DNA from: Candidatus Micrarchaeota archaeon
GTDB taxonomy: Archaea; Micrarchaeota; Micrarchaeia; Anstonellales; Bilamarchaeaceae
Length of the DNA stretch: 64,000 nucleotides
Reading direction: 5' to 3'
Assembly: GCA_043812915.1 (NCBI GenBank)
Contig: JBDRLQ010000012.1
Location: 1 to 64,000 of the forward strand
Of the stretch, positions 46,690 through 57,513 are shown piece after piece (position 1 is the first letter of the stretch; each line of letters opens with the position of its first letter). Under the pieces are notes generated by a model, which saw nothing but the letters and a program-made list of their open reading frames with translations, was not told where the DNA came from and ran no database searches. The position numbers were made by a program, and so were the translations under genes.

Positions 46690-47730
46690 TTATTTCCTCA
46701 GTTTTCTCCTGTATTTGAGGTAGGTCGAGTAATCGATGTACTTCTTCCTGCCCACATACTCCCTGGTGGTCGTAGCCTTGTTCCTGGCCCCCTCAATCCT
46801 GTCCGTAACAGTAATCGAGAACGAGTCGCTTCCGGCTCCTGAACCGAAGGAAGTCATCAGGATTCTGCTCCCGGGCTTTGCCTCATCAAGTACTGCCGTT
46901 AAGCCCAGCATTGCAGCTCCTGAATATGTATTCCCGACAACGGGCGTTAGCAGCCCGGTTTTCAGCTTCTCAGTAGGAATCCCCATCTTCTTTGCAATCT
47001 GAAGCGGGAACTTCGCGTTCGGCTGGTGGAACACCACATAGTCGTAGTCCCCGACCTTGGTTCCGGTCTTCTCCAGCAGCCCATCGGTCGCCCCGCTGAC
47101 ATGCTTGAAATAGGCTGGCGCGCCCGTGAACCTTCCCCCGTGCGATGGATAATCAGCATGCTGCCTTCTCCAGAAATCTGGAGTGTCTGTTGTGAATGAG
47201 AATGTGTCCTCAACTATTGCAAGGGACTCTTTGTCCGGCCCCGCGATGAATGCCGCTCCGCCTGAAGCCGCAGAATATTCAAGGGCGTCCCCGGGCCTTC
47301 CCTGCGCGGTGTCGGCACCTATCGACATCCCGTATTTTATCATTCCGCCATCGACCATGCCCAGGACCATCTGCATTCCTGCAGTTCCGGCCTTGCAGGC
47401 GAATTCCAGGTCTGCCGCAGTGAGATTCGGTGTTGCTCCGATTGCCTCGGCAACTATGGTCGCCGTCGGCTTCACGGCGTACGGATGTGATTCGCTTCCC
47501 ACATAGAGCGCCTTGAGTTCCTCTGGCTCGATATCCCCTCTTGCCATGGCATTCCTGGCCGCCTCCACCGCTATAGTGGCAGCATCCTCATCAAGCCCGC
47601 CAACGGCCTTCTCAAGTATCCCAAGCCCTTTCTCTATCCTCTCCGGTTCCTCAGCCCACACTTTGGCTATCTCTGCAGTCTTTATCCTGTAAACCGGGAT
47701 GTAAGCTCCATAACCGACTATGCCGCTCAT
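46690..47730 (-). CDS. hydroxymethylglutaryl-CoA synthase (archaeal type)
   Basis: [48 protein letters not shown]. Confidence 0.95.
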   Translation of the reverse strand: MSGIVGYGAYIPVYRIKTAEIAKVWAEEPERIEKGLGILEKAVGGLDEDAATIAVEAARNAMARGDIEPEELKALYVGSESHPYAVKPTATIVAEAIGATPNLTAADLEFACKAGTAGMQMVLGMVDGGMIKYGMSIGADTAQGRPGDALEYSAASGGAAFIAGPDKESLAIVEDTFSFTTDTPDFWRRQHADYPSHGGRFTGAPAYFKHVSGATDGLLEKTGTKVGDYDYVVFHQPNAKFPLQIAKKMGIPTEKLKTGLLTPVVGNTYSGAAMLGLTAVLDEAKPGSRILMTSFGSGAGSDSFSITVTDRIEGARNKATTTREYVGRKKYIDYSTYLKYRRKLRK

Positions 47731-47792
47731 GATATCTTCCTCTCTCTGTGGTTATTGGAAATGATATAGCAGCGGGGCTCTTATAAAACCAA

Positions 47793-48602
47793 CTATTTGG
47801 CCTGTTTGCGCCTCTTTGGGGCCGTTTTGAGCCTCGGCGCGGGCATTGGTTTTGCCATCCTTGCCCCTGCCTTCGGAGGTACCCTTGCCGTTCTCGCCTT
47901 TCTGGGCTTCAGGAACGTTACTGCCAGCGCCGCAACGACGATTGCCCCGCCAATCACAAATATGTAGAGCCAGTTGACCTGCCGGCTTTTGACCACAAGC
48001 GGAGCCTGTTCTGCAAGCACTTCAGAAAGGCTGAATGTCGCGGTGGAACCTGAAACCTCTGCTCCGGCAGCTCCCGCCTGGGCGCTCACGATTGAGCCTG
48101 GCATCTCAACCCTGTAAAGAATCTCCATTCCAAAGAGCTCCATGCTTGAAGCCATCTTCCGGCACTCATCGGCATCCCTGAAGTCAAGCGGGGCAACGGA
48201 TGTGCCTTCCACGACATCCATGCCGGAGGCGACCATAATTCTTTCCATCTCCTTGCTGAACTGGTCTTTCGGGAGCTTATTCACTGTAAGGGAATAATCC
48301 ACGTAGGGGATGCCGTATTCTGCGCTAAATGAGTAGTAGCTGCCGCCAGAGGAGAATTCCCGGCTCATGTATACCCATTTGTTCTCTTCATCAACCGAGC
48401 AGCCAAGCTCCTTATCGAAGGCGCAGGTGGTCGCGATTGAAGAGAGGAAGTTGTCAGGCATCAGCTGCACAATAAATGATACGTCAAGCTCGTCCCCGAT
48501 GACAGAATTTCCGCTCTCACCTACAACCTGGTGGTAGATCTGCGTCACGCTTCCCGTAAACAGAAGCGAAGATGCCATAAGCAATAGAATAATCCTCCTC
48601 AT
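47793..48602 (-). CDS. hypothetical membrane-anchored protein
   Basis: N-terminal signal, VEMPG motif, C-terminal TM and basic tail. Confidence 0.72.
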   Translation of the reverse strand: MRRIILLLMASSLLFTGSVTQIYHQVVGESGNSVIGDELDVSFIVQLMPDNFLSSIATTCAFDKELGCSVDEENKWVYMSREFSSGGSYYSFSAEYGIPYVDYSLTVNKLPKDQFSKEMERIMVASGMDVVEGTSVAPLDFRDADECRKMASSMELFGMEILYRVEMPGSIVSAQAGAAGAEVSGSTATFSLSEVLAEQAPLVVKSRQVNWLYIFVIGGAIVVAALAVTFLKPRKARTARVPPKAGARMAKPMPAPRLKTAPKRRKQAK

Positions 48603-49540
48603 ATATTCCCCTCACTATTATCCCCAGGCGAAATCTTATAAGGGTGTTTATGCTGCCTTACCATCTCCTGAATCCCCTGCTCGAGCGGGATTGGGGCGAA
48701 AAACAGCTCTTTTTTCGCTTTTTCGCAGTTGAACGCCCTGTCGCTAGAGAGGACTGCTACATCCTCCGGGATGAAAACCGGCTTTCCGCCGAAATGCGTA
48801 GTCCTGAAAAGCTCAAAACTGGCAAAGAGTTTTGCCAGTATAACCGGGATGTGCGATTTCGGAGGACTTGCTCCCAGCGCCTTAGCCGCAATCTCATAAA
48901 CCCTGTCCTGGCCGAGGCATTCCCCGACTATGACATATGTCCCCTGTCCCCTTTCCAATGCGTTCTCAATCACCGCTGCGACATCCTCCACATGCACGAA
49001 CGGGATCCTGTTGCTGCCATCGCCGATTATCTTCATCTTGCCCCGTGCAATCTTGTCCAGGACCTTGGAATATTCCTCAAAGCCGGACCCGTATATCGGG
49101 CCTACTCTCAGTATTACGTGGCTCTTATGCTTCGCGACGATTCCCTCCGCCTCGAGCTTCGTCCTGGCATAGGGGGTATCCGGCCTGGTCTCGGTGTTCT
49201 CGTCAGCCGGGACCTGCGCCATCTTCTTGCCGTAAACTGAAATCGAGCCTGCGAAAATAATCCTGGCGTTTTTCGGAAGGGCCTCAACAATCCTCCTGGT
49301 GAGTTCAACATTTCCTTCCCTCGCCTTCCTCTCATCAAGGAAATCCCGTGAGCCGGCAAGGTGGATTACAGCTTTCGCATCGGCTAGAATCCGCCATAGG
49401 TCATCTTTGGAAAAATCAGTGACAATCTCCCCTGGAAGCCCTGATTTCTTCCGGACAAGCGGGATTGCGCTCTCCAGCCTCCGCATCACCACTTTCCCGA
49501 GGCGGCCCGTTGCCCCAGTTACATAAACCTTATCCTCCAT
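48599..49540 (-). CDS. NAD-dependent epimerase/dehydratase (extended SDR)
   Basis: VTGATGRLG, HLAG, YARTK, FVHVEDVA. Confidence 0.92.
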   Translation of the reverse strand: MEDKVYVTGATGRLGKVVMRRLESAIPLVRKKSGLPGEIVTDFSKDDLWRILADAKAVIHLAGSRDFLDERKAREGNVELTRRIVEALPKNARIIFAGSISVYGKKMAQVPADENTETRPDTPYARTKLEAEGIVAKHKSHVILRVGPIYGSGFEEYSKVLDKIARGKMKIIGDGSNRIPFVHVEDVAAVIENALERGQGTYVIVGECLGQDRVYEIAAKALGASPPKSHIPVILAKLFASFELFRTTHFGGKPVFIPEDVAVLSSDRAFNCEKAKKELFFAPIPLEQGIQEMVRQHKHPYKISPGDNSEGNI

Positions 49541-51137
49541 GCTTCTTCTCCAGCTCCTCAATCTTCCGCTCTATCCTCTTTTCAGCCTCAAGCCTCTCGA
49601 ACTCGTAGCTTCCCATATCCATGTACTTCATTCCATCGGCTAGGGATGGATGAACTTTCTTAATTTCCTCATGCATCTTCTGTGCGATTATCCGATAATC
49701 AATATGCCCCTGCCTGGCCGAGCGCAGTTCGCAGAAATGGAACGCCTCGCGAAGGTTGAGCTTGATTTCCCACCTGATATTATATGCGAGGGGAACGACG
49801 TACTGCGCCTCCTTCGGGTATTTGGCGGCAATCCTCTCCCACGCCCTCTTCGCGGATTCCATTACGTCAACGAACACATCCACATGCCCGGATTCGATAA
49901 TCTCATGCGGGACTGTGGCGCCAAGAGCGCATCCAAGAAGCTGCCTCTGCTGGGTGAGCACCCTGTGCCTGTGCAGGTCCCTGTACGCGCCGAAGTTGGT
50001 GCAGATCTCAAACGTATAATACACTTCCTCGAAAGCCCTGCCGGGCTTGTGCCTCCGGTTTTTCCTCTTCCCGATGTACGCTTTCAGTATTCCTGCCTTC
50101 TCGTTCGCGCCCATGCCCGAAACCTTCTCCCTAAGCTTCCGCATGGTGAGCCCGCTGTATGGGTAGAGCGCGGACACTAGGATTTTATCCTCAGCTCCCG
50201 GGTCATAATCAACAAGCGTGACATCGCTGTTCGCGCTCTCGTGCCCGAGCGTGGACGCAATATTCTCCATATCATCCCTGACGCCTGAGAAATATTCCTG
50301 CATATCCTTTCCGTGCTCGCTGTCCGGCCTTTTAACGAAGGATGGAATCACCGTCCGCAGCTCCTGCTGCATGGAAGCGGCGATGTCCTTCATCTCGGAG
50401 AGGGGCTCGGCGTACAGCTTGGTTATCAGGTACTCGTAAGACCTTCCGTTCCCGAAGAACCCCATATTGGTGAGCGTTGAGGCCGGAAGCAGCCCTCTTA
50501 ATATGTCACAGGTCTTTGACCGCACCGTCGCCTCGTACACCCTTTCCGATATCGTTTCATCCCTTGGCATCTTTCTCTTCACGTATTCAGATACCTTCGG
50601 GATTAATGAGGCGTAGGTATCGAAGAGCATGTTGCAGGTCCGCTCATATTCCTCAGCGAATTCGGATTTCATAAGGGTTTGTTCCCGGCAGAATCTGTAT
50701 TTCCCATCAACTTTCTGGTCGAAATAGACGTATCTGGTGGATTTTTCCAGGGGGGAAAGCCCGAGCCTGGCATCCTCCACGAGCTTGGTGGCAATAATTG
50801 AGATGTCCTCAAGGGCGATATGCGCCCCTGCAAGTTCGGCGACGGAATCATCCCCGTACTGCACGAGCACCCGGTCATAGAACTTCTCAGCCTTCTCCGT
50901 GGCGATGGAATCACCTGCCTTTGCCTGCCCTTCCATGATATCAGTGAATCCGATGTCCGATTTGATGAATTCGTCAAGCAATGTCCTGCGGAGGCTCTTG
51001 GTGCTCCTGCTGTATCTTGAGAAGAGCGCTCCTTTGACGACCTCAGGAAGGTTGCGCAGAACGAAAATGCCCTTGTCGAAGTTGCTGACGAATGGGGCCA
51101 GCTGTTTCCTCTCTTCCCCGCTGAATTCCTCGCTCAT
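49530..51137 (-). CDS. thyX: FAD-dependent thymidylate synthase, tandem-domain type
   Basis: ALFSRYSRS, YGDDSVAEL, EKSTRY, YRDLHRHR, ELRSARQGH. Confidence 0.92.
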   Translation of the reverse strand: MSEEFSGEERKQLAPFVSNFDKGIFVLRNLPEVVKGALFSRYSRSTKSLRRTLLDEFIKSDIGFTDIMEGQAKAGDSIATEKAEKFYDRVLVQYGDDSVAELAGAHIALEDISIIATKLVEDARLGLSPLEKSTRYVYFDQKVDGKYRFCREQTLMKSEFAEEYERTCNMLFDTYASLIPKVSEYVKRKMPRDETISERVYEATVRSKTCDILRGLLPASTLTNMGFFGNGRSYEYLITKLYAEPLSEMKDIAASMQQELRTVIPSFVKRPDSEHGKDMQEYFSGVRDDMENIASTLGHESANSDVTLVDYDPGAEDKILVSALYPYSGLTMRKLREKVSGMGANEKAGILKAYIGKRKNRRHKPGRAFEEVYYTFEICTNFGAYRDLHRHRVLTQQRQLLGCALGATVPHEIIESGHVDVFVDVMESAKRAWERIAAKYPKEAQYVVPLAYNIRWEIKLNLREAFHFCELRSARQGHIDYRIIAQKMHEEIKKVHPSLADGMKYMDMGSYEFERLEAEKRIERKIEELEKKHGG

Positions 51138-51253
51138 AATAAGCCTCACCCTCTTTATACCTGAACTTCTCAGATAAGCTTTTTAGAGCCTTCCAAAGGC
51201 CGAAATCCCACTTTCCTGTCCCTTTTTAAACAGGTTCTATCACTATTATCCCC

Positions 51254-52069
51254 ATGAGATGCGGCCTTATTCCAGGCATGGTCACGGTTGTCAGCCCGAC
51301 CCACTACTTCGAGTCGACAGGGATTGGTCCCGAGGGGATTGTGCCAGCGCTGAACATGGCAGTAAAAAAACTATCCAAGAAGGCAGGTATCCCTAGCGAG
51401 AATTTTTTCCAATGGCTCTCTAAAATGAGGCTCACTATTGATGGAATCGCGCTCTTTGGCGGGGAATATCACCAGAAAGATGCGGGGAAGCTCGAGCTCA
51501 TGCTCGCCTTTGCAGGCCGGGAATCCTACCTTGCTTATGTGAATGATGCCCAGACCCCTGAAATCGTCGATACCAGAATCAGCCCCTATCTTCTGGGCTT
51601 TGATGGGGGGACCCGGATGCTAAGGCAGCCGCAGTCTTTTTTCGATGCGCTTTTGGGCGGAGAAATCCTGCTTCTTAGAGACAGTGATTCCAGGCTGGAG
51701 GCCCTCATTAGGGAAAGGCAGCGCGTTTTCATTGAAAACGCCGAGGAGAAGCTTTTCGAGCTAATCACGCACTCTGTTTTTGCCGATACCTGCCGGGAAC
51801 AGGGGCTTCTGGGGCCTCAGCATACTAATCATAGAATCGTAAGATCAATGTTCCCGAAGCCTGCTGCCAACAAGCTTGAAGCGCTTAGCGTTTATGTTTC
51901 AGAGGAAGAAATCGGGGAAAAGGCAGCGAGAAGGATGCACAGCATGCGATTAAAGAAAGGGACGGCAATCGCCATTGCCAGGAAGATGGCCCTTGGGCTC
52001 CAGAGGCACTCTTCCCCGCTTCCAAAGCCCCTGAAAAGGGCCGTCAGCGGCCAGGGGCGAGTCCGCTAA
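51254..52069 (+). CDS. hypothetical protein
   Basis: 271-aa ORF with a TTTTAAA box ~25 nt upstream; no motif recognised. Confidence 0.65.
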   Translation: MRCGLIPGMVTVVSPTHYFESTGIGPEGIVPALNMAVKKLSKKAGIPSENFFQWLSKMRLTIDGIALFGGEYHQKDAGKLELMLAFAGRESYLAYVNDAQTPEIVDTRISPYLLGFDGGTRMLRQPQSFFDALLGGEILLLRDSDSRLEALIRERQRVFIENAEEKLFELITHSVFADTCREQGLLGPQHTNHRIVRSMFPKPAANKLEALSVYVSEEEIGEKAARRMHSMRLKKGTAIAIARKMALGLQRHSSPLPKPLKRAVSGQGRVR

Positions 52070-53258
52070 GGGCTCCTAGGAGCTGCGGCCGCCCAGCTAT
52101 TACTTTTGCGACAGGCCCTGCGAAATTCCCGTCCATCACTTCGTTCAGGTCCTTATCCGTGATGGTATTGAAGATGTGGTTCAGGTCATCATCAGAAACC
52201 TTTTCCATGACCTTCCTGAGCATCAGCCTCTTGGCGACCTTTTTTCCGGCGGTCTCCTTCCACTGCTTCTGGTAGGGCATCAGGATCTCTTTTGAGTAGT
52301 CCTTTTTCGAGTGGGCATCAAGCGCCACTCCGGCAGCAAGAATCCCGGCTTCCATGGCAAGGGCGATTCCACCGCCGTGTATAGGGTCGACCTGCTTCGC
52401 AGCGGTGCCAACGACAAGGAAATTGTCTCTAACGAATTCGTTTATCGGGGCTCCAACTGAAATGACCCCCCCGAAGTCCATCAGGGTGCTGGCATCCTTT
52501 AGCTGCTCATTGTTCTTTATGAACCTATCAAGCAGCACCTTCGGGTCTGCCCCAGGGATTCCATTCTTGTCCCCGTTTGAGAGAAGCCCGCCTATCCCGA
52601 TTCCTACATTGGCCCTCTTCTTCCCTTTCGGGAAAATCCAGACATATCCTCTTGGGGCAATGTCGTTTCCGAAATATAGCTCAATCAGGTTCTCGTGATT
52701 GTATTCCTTCATCTCATACTGGTAGCATGTGTCTACATCATAGAGCTGGTGCACGGTGTTGAACCCGGCCTTCCTGGCAATCATGGACTCCATGCCCTCG
52801 GCCGAGACAATCAGCGGCGCATACGCCTGGTATGGCTCCCTCCCTCCATGGGAGAGGTTCACGCCCGCGATTTTACCGCCTTCCATTATGAGGTCTGTTG
52901 CCCTGGTGTATGAATGGATCTTGGCCCCTTTTTCAACCGCGAGCCCGGCAAGCCACTTGTCGAAGAATTTCCTCTCGAGCACCCATCCGGTCGTAGTGGA
53001 GTCCTTCCACACGATTGACTTTCCGTTAGGCGCAATCACTTTCGCCCCAACAATATCCGTGGAAATGCACTGCTTCGGTATTTCAAGGTCCTGCGCGACG
53101 ACTTCCCTCTCCCCAAGGCCTTCTCCGCAGCGCACCGGTATCCCGAGCTCCTTCCTCTTGTCAACAACGAGGACATCCATCCCTCCCTGCGCGGCGACCC
53201 TCGCCATCGTGCTTCCTGCGGGCCCGGCGCCTATGATAATCATGTCGTAATTGCTCAT
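52044..53258 (-). CDS. digeranylgeranylglycerophospholipid reductase family
   Basis: GAGPAG, VRCGEG, APRGYVWIFPK, VDPIHGGGI; paired with a ferredoxin. Confidence 0.92.
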   Translation of the reverse strand: MSNYDMIIIGAGPAGSTMARVAAQGGMDVLVVDKRKELGIPVRCGEGLGEREVVAQDLEIPKQCISTDIVGAKVIAPNGKSIVWKDSTTTGWVLERKFFDKWLAGLAVEKGAKIHSYTRATDLIMEGGKIAGVNLSHGGREPYQAYAPLIVSAEGMESMIARKAGFNTVHQLYDVDTCYQYEMKEYNHENLIELYFGNDIAPRGYVWIFPKGKKRANVGIGIGGLLSNGDKNGIPGADPKVLLDRFIKNNEQLKDASTLMDFGGVISVGAPINEFVRDNFLVVGTAAKQVDPIHGGGIALAMEAGILAAGVALDAHSKKDYSKEILMPYQKQWKETAGKKVAKRLMLRKVMEKVSDDDLNHIFNTITDKDLNEVMDGNFAGPVAKVIAGRPQLLGALSGLAPGR

Positions 53259-53449
53259 TGCTCTCCCTCCTTTGCGCCCTTCTTCATGCAGATGACATTC
53301 GCAGGGCAGACCTTCACGCAAAGGCCGCAGTCTATGCATCTTTCTGGGTAGAATTTCATCCTCGTCCCGTCCGCTTCAATCGCATTCTTCGGGCATACCG
53401 ATGAGCAGCCAACACAAAAAATGCATCCTTCATGTTTGATGGTAATCAT
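53255..53449 (-). CDS. 2[4Fe-4S] ferredoxin
   Basis: CIFCVGCSSVCP and CIDCGLCVKVCP. Confidence 0.95.
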   Translation of the reverse strand: MITIKHEGCIFCVGCSSVCPKNAIEADGTRMKFYPERCIDCGLCVKVCPANVICMKKGAKEGEQ

Positions 53450-53488
53450 ATTGTTCCCTCTGTGTATTCCAGATGAAAAGGATTAAAT

Positions 53489-54004
53489 TCACTCTGAAAG
53501 CAGCGCAACTACAGCCCTGCCGAACTTCTCGGCCGCCTCTGGGCCCCTGGCTGTAATGACATTCCCGTCCTTCACGACATCCTGGTCCCGGTATAATGCG
53601 CCTCCTGCCCTTAGTTCGCTGATGGCATCCCTGTCCGGGAATACCGTGGCGTTCTTGCCCGAGAGCACCCCCGCCTTTGCCAGAATCATCGGAGCCACGC
53701 AGATTGCGCAGATTTTCTTTCCTTTGACATTCGCATTCTCAAGGAGCCTGATTACTTCCTGGTTGTTGGCAAGCGCCTTCGCCCCCGGCCCCCCAACGAC
53801 AACTATGGCGTCGAAATAGTCCGGATTAGCCTCATGAACCGCAAGGTCTGGCTGCACAATCGCCCCGAACTTGCCGGTTGCCTTGCTCCTGGTCAGGCTG
53901 GCAACCTTGACATTGTGGCCTGCCTTTTCTATAGTCTCCTTAGGAATCTGGTATTCCTCATCCCGAAAGCCCTCCTGCGCAATAATCATCAGCACTTTTG
54001 CCAT
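53489..54004 (-). CDS. DJ-1/PfpI family protein
   Basis: FRDEE, VVGGPG, AICVAP, ITARGP. Confidence 0.93.
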   Translation of the reverse strand: MAKVLMIIAQEGFRDEEYQIPKETIEKAGHNVKVASLTRSKATGKFGAIVQPDLAVHEANPDYFDAIVVVGGPGAKALANNQEVIRLLENANVKGKKICAICVAPMILAKAGVLSGKNATVFPDRDAISELRAGGALYRDQDVVKDGNVITARGPEAAEKFGRAVVALLSE

Positions 54005-54082
54005 TATCCCACCTCAGGAAATGTTAATCATTTATTCTTAAAAATGGGACTGTTCGGCCTTGAAAAAGAAGAAAAAGAAAGA

Positions 54083-56548
54083 CTACAGCCAGGATGGCAC
54101 AAGAGTGTAGGTGGTAAATACCACTCTCTCGGCAATCTGGATTTCTAGAGTGGTGTCCGTCATGCTCGTGAACACGGAGCCCCTTTCGGTTGTATACCCT
54201 ACATCCTCCACTCTGAAGCTTCCGTCCCCGCCTGTTACGGGTCCTGCATGCTGCATTGGCAGGCCGTCGAAAGCCGCGAGCTCCCTCCACATGGAATCAT
54301 GAAGCTCCATCGTGAAAGTGCTGGCAGGACCTGCGATCCAGAAAGGGATGAAGAACCTGTCAGTGTGTTCGGAATATTCAGGTCCTGCATCCTCTGAAAG
54401 CCCGATTACGAAATCAGGGAGCGGCCCTGCGAATGGGAAGAGTGAGGAGTATATGTACCCTTCATTTGCAATGCGGGAGCTTCCTGACGAGGCATCCGCA
54501 TCTGCAAATGCCGCAATCTCAATAACTCCGCCGCTCTCCCAAGTAGCGTCCCCTCCCGCAAGGTCGAATTCAACCATGTGCCCCGGGCTGCCATACTGCC
54601 TGAGTGCGTAATCTCCTGATGCAGGGCTCTCGTGCAAAAGAATCGCGCCTTCTGAAAGCGGGCCGATCGTGCCCCCGCAGCTTCCTCCGCTGGTAGCGAC
54701 TATGAGTTCGTTGTCGCTGGCGTCCCCCCCGCCAAGGACCTCACGCACTACGAACAGCCCGTAGGAGTCAACGGATACTGTTATGTATGGTGCCGTAACA
54801 TCGCAGGCGACCTGCGCGCCGGTTGAGTCGGTCGGGCCGCTGCTGGCTGGAATCGAGCGGCTGGCGTTCCTCTCCACCTCGAGCTCTAGGGGATGCAGCT
54901 CATCAGAAGCAACATCCATCCCCTCATAGACAATGTTCCATGCCTCGGGGTTTGAGAGTATCGAGAGTTCGTCTCCAGGAAGGAGCTCCGCCTCACCGCT
55001 GCTTGATATATCCTCAATGTCATCCGAATAAATGGAAATCACTGCCAGGCTGTCCGCCTGCGGGTCCGCCGCGCTGCCATCAATGTTGCTCCATCCTAGC
55101 GCAACATTCCAAGCGTCATTGTCATCCTCGGCCGCATTAAGCTCCCGCCCGTCCTCAAGTACAAGCATGCTGCCAAGGATGGCACAGTCAATCCACCTGG
55201 TCGCAGGCGTTGCCCCTGGCGCAAGATAGTATATGTAGAAAGGAACTTCCGCACCGTCGATGGAAAAGACCGGTGGCGTATCCCCGGCGCTCATCATTTC
55301 CATCACGATTGGAACCCCGGCACTATCCTGGATTTCGATTATGGCTACATAATCCATCCCCACCCTTCCGATGGTTTCCACATAGAAGGAGTACGTATCA
55401 CCGCTCGGGTGGGTATATGGGAGCGAGCCTCCCTCCATCACAATTCCGGAGACTGCTTCGGTCGCAAGCGTTATCCGCCCTCCATTGACTAGCGTGGTGT
55501 CATTGTCAAGTGGCGCTTCCGTTGCCGATGGCGCCTCCATTCCAATTACTACCCAGCTCCACTCCGAGCCAGGCAGCTGTACGGTTAGCCTGTGCCCGGC
55601 AGTCGCCTGGTCCCATCGGTCCCCCCTTTCCAGACAGTCCGTGAAATCGGTTCCGGATTCAGAAGCTGTGCAGACTGGTATCCCATGGGTGCCCAGGCCC
55701 ATGCTCCGGGCTAGCCTGATTGTGTACGAGATGAAATTGACCTCACCGACAACATCATCATAGACCCAGTCGAAATGCGAGTTCCCCCGCACCCAGATTG
55801 TCTGTTCCTCAAGGTACATGTCCCCGGTACTCATGTCCATCAATGTAACATCAGCAAGAAGTGGCGTCATCGTGCCATCGATCCTGTGCAGGAACACTTC
55901 GCTTGGCCCGAGGCTGCCGCCGCTCCCGTCGGTAAATGGATTGGCGTTGGCAGATGTGTGCGAGCCGCCAAGCGGATACTCAGCATCAACTTCCCCTGCA
56001 ACATTTTCCGTCCTGTCGCCAGCCCTTCTGTTCAGGAAATCCCCGACAAGGTTTGCAATCAGCGGCTCGGGCGGCGCTTCCACATCACCATCATCTTCCG
56101 TGTCGCCATCAAGCTCCCCCTCTGCATCCGCATCAACATCCCCGTCCGCAGTAGTGTCTGCGTCCTCCTCAACATCGCCATCAAGCTCAGCATCCGCATC
56201 CCCGTCTACATCCGAGTCCGCGTCACCGTCCGCTTCAATGTCTGAGTCAATATCGGCATCGCCATCAGCCACCTCGGTATCAGGCTCTGAATCAGCCTCA
56301 GCGTCCGGCCCGGAGTCTGTGGCAGCATCAGGAGTTGCGGCGTCATCAAGAGACCTTGACTGCGCCCCGCAGCCGGCCCCTGTTGCCAGCATAACCGGGG
56401 CAATAACGTATATCGCAGCCTTCTTCATCCCGAAGCTGGCATCCCTGAATTTATCGGAAAGAAAGGCCTCGGCCTTATTTAGCCAGCGCCCATCCCTCTT
56501 CTCCTCGCCTATTGTCCTGTTAATTAGCGTCCTCTCTGAACCTGCCAT
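54083..56548 (-). CDS. large acidic lipoprotein with Asp-rich spacer and possible S-layer-like body
   Basis: Extended N-region followed by MLATGAGC, ~95-aa DADxD spacer, beta-rich body ending GYTTERGSVF. Confidence 0.8.
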   Translation of the reverse strand: MAGSERTLINRTIGEEKRDGRWLNKAEAFLSDKFRDASFGMKKAAIYVIAPVMLATGAGCGAQSRSLDDAATPDAATDSGPDAEADSEPDTEVADGDADIDSDIEADGDADSDVDGDADAELDGDVEEDADTTADGDVDADAEGELDGDTEDDGDVEAPPEPLIANLVGDFLNRRAGDRTENVAGEVDAEYPLGGSHTSANANPFTDGSGGSLGPSEVFLHRIDGTMTPLLADVTLMDMSTGDMYLEEQTIWVRGNSHFDWVYDDVVGEVNFISYTIRLARSMGLGTHGIPVCTASESGTDFTDCLERGDRWDQATAGHRLTVQLPGSEWSWVVIGMEAPSATEAPLDNDTTLVNGGRITLATEAVSGIVMEGGSLPYTHPSGDTYSFYVETIGRVGMDYVAIIEIQDSAGVPIVMEMMSAGDTPPVFSIDGAEVPFYIYYLAPGATPATRWIDCAILGSMLVLEDGRELNAAEDDNDAWNVALGWSNIDGSAADPQADSLAVISIYSDDIEDISSSGEAELLPGDELSILSNPEAWNIVYEGMDVASDELHPLELEVERNASRSIPASSGPTDSTGAQVACDVTAPYITVSVDSYGLFVVREVLGGGDASDNELIVATSGGSCGGTIGPLSEGAILLHESPASGDYALRQYGSPGHMVEFDLAGGDATWESGGVIEIAAFADADASSGSSRIANEGYIYSSLFPFAGPLPDFVIGLSEDAGPEYSEHTDRFFIPFWIAGPASTFTMELHDSMWRELAAFDGLPMQHAGPVTGGDGSFRVEDVGYTTERGSVFTSMTDTTLEIQIAERVVFTTYTLVPSWL
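56085..56350 (-). repeat. low-complexity coding repeat (DGDAD/DAD units)
   Basis: ADGDADIDSDIEADGDADSDVDGDADAELDGD... Confidence 0.75.
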
Positions 56549-56664
56549 GTGAATCAGTATATTATTGCAGCACAACTCTTATAAAGTTATAGAAAATGTA
56601 AAATACTATGAAAAACCACCATCAGAGCTGATATTTTTTATTCCCTTGCAGCCTAACTAGAACC

Positions 56665-57513
56665 ATGTACCTTGTCAGTCCCAATTTTTCAGACGTTCTT
56701 GAGCCGGGCATCGAGATGAAGGCATTCCCGGACGGGGACACCTATATCAGGATTCCGGATGTTTCCAAATACCAGGGGGAGGAAGTCAACCTGTTCCACA
56801 GGCTCTACCCGGAGCAGAACACGTCAATGTTCCAGGCAATCCTGATGCTTGACACCCTCAAGCGCGTTGGCGCAAGGACCACCCTGGTTTCGCCTTATCT
56901 TCCCTATTCTAGGCAGGACAAGACATTCAAGGAAGGGGAAGCCCTCAGCGCTCAGGTGCTCTGCGGGCTGCTCGCCAATGCCGGGGCGCAGAGGCTCGTT
57001 ACCATCGACTGCCATTTCCTGAAAAAGGAAGGTGATGCGGAATACGGCGGATTGAATATTACCAGCCTTTCAGCGAACAAGCTCCTTCTAGGGCAGGCCA
57101 GGAAGATGGCAGGCTCTGATGAACTGGAAGTGATTTCCCCGGATATGGGCGCAAGCTATCTTGTTGAGCAGTTCGGCGGAAAGAGCATGAGCAAGGTCCG
57201 CGGCGGGTATGAGGAAGGAAAGGAAGCCTACAGGAAAATCGAGGGTGTCGAAAGGAAGTTCGAAGTCGAAGGCAAGAACATACTCATCCTGGATGACATG
57301 ATTTCCACCGGCGGGACCATGATTCGCGCTGTTGAGAATGTGAAAAATGGAGGCGCGAAGAAAGTGTACTGCGCCGCCACTCATGGGTTCTTCCTGCGCG
57401 AATCATATGGAAAACTGAAGGACATCTGCGACGGCATGTTCGTCACCAATTCCATTCCCTGTGAGGCTGCTGATGTCGATATTATGGAGCTTCTTAAGGA
57501 ATACGTGGACTAG
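56665..57513 (+). CDS. prs: ribose-phosphate pyrophosphokinase
   Basis: FPDGD, PYLPYSRQDK, SPDMGA, LDDMISTGGT, ATHG. Confidence 0.94.
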   Translation: MYLVSPNFSDVLEPGIEMKAFPDGDTYIRIPDVSKYQGEEVNLFHRLYPEQNTSMFQAILMLDTLKRVGARTTLVSPYLPYSRQDKTFKEGEALSAQVLCGLLANAGAQRLVTIDCHFLKKEGDAEYGGLNITSLSANKLLLGQARKMAGSDELEVISPDMGASYLVEQFGGKSMSKVRGGYEEGKEAYRKIEGVERKFEVEGKNILILDDMISTGGTMIRAVENVKNGGAKKVYCAATHGFFLRESYGKLKDICDGMFVTNSIPCEAADVDIMELLKEYVD

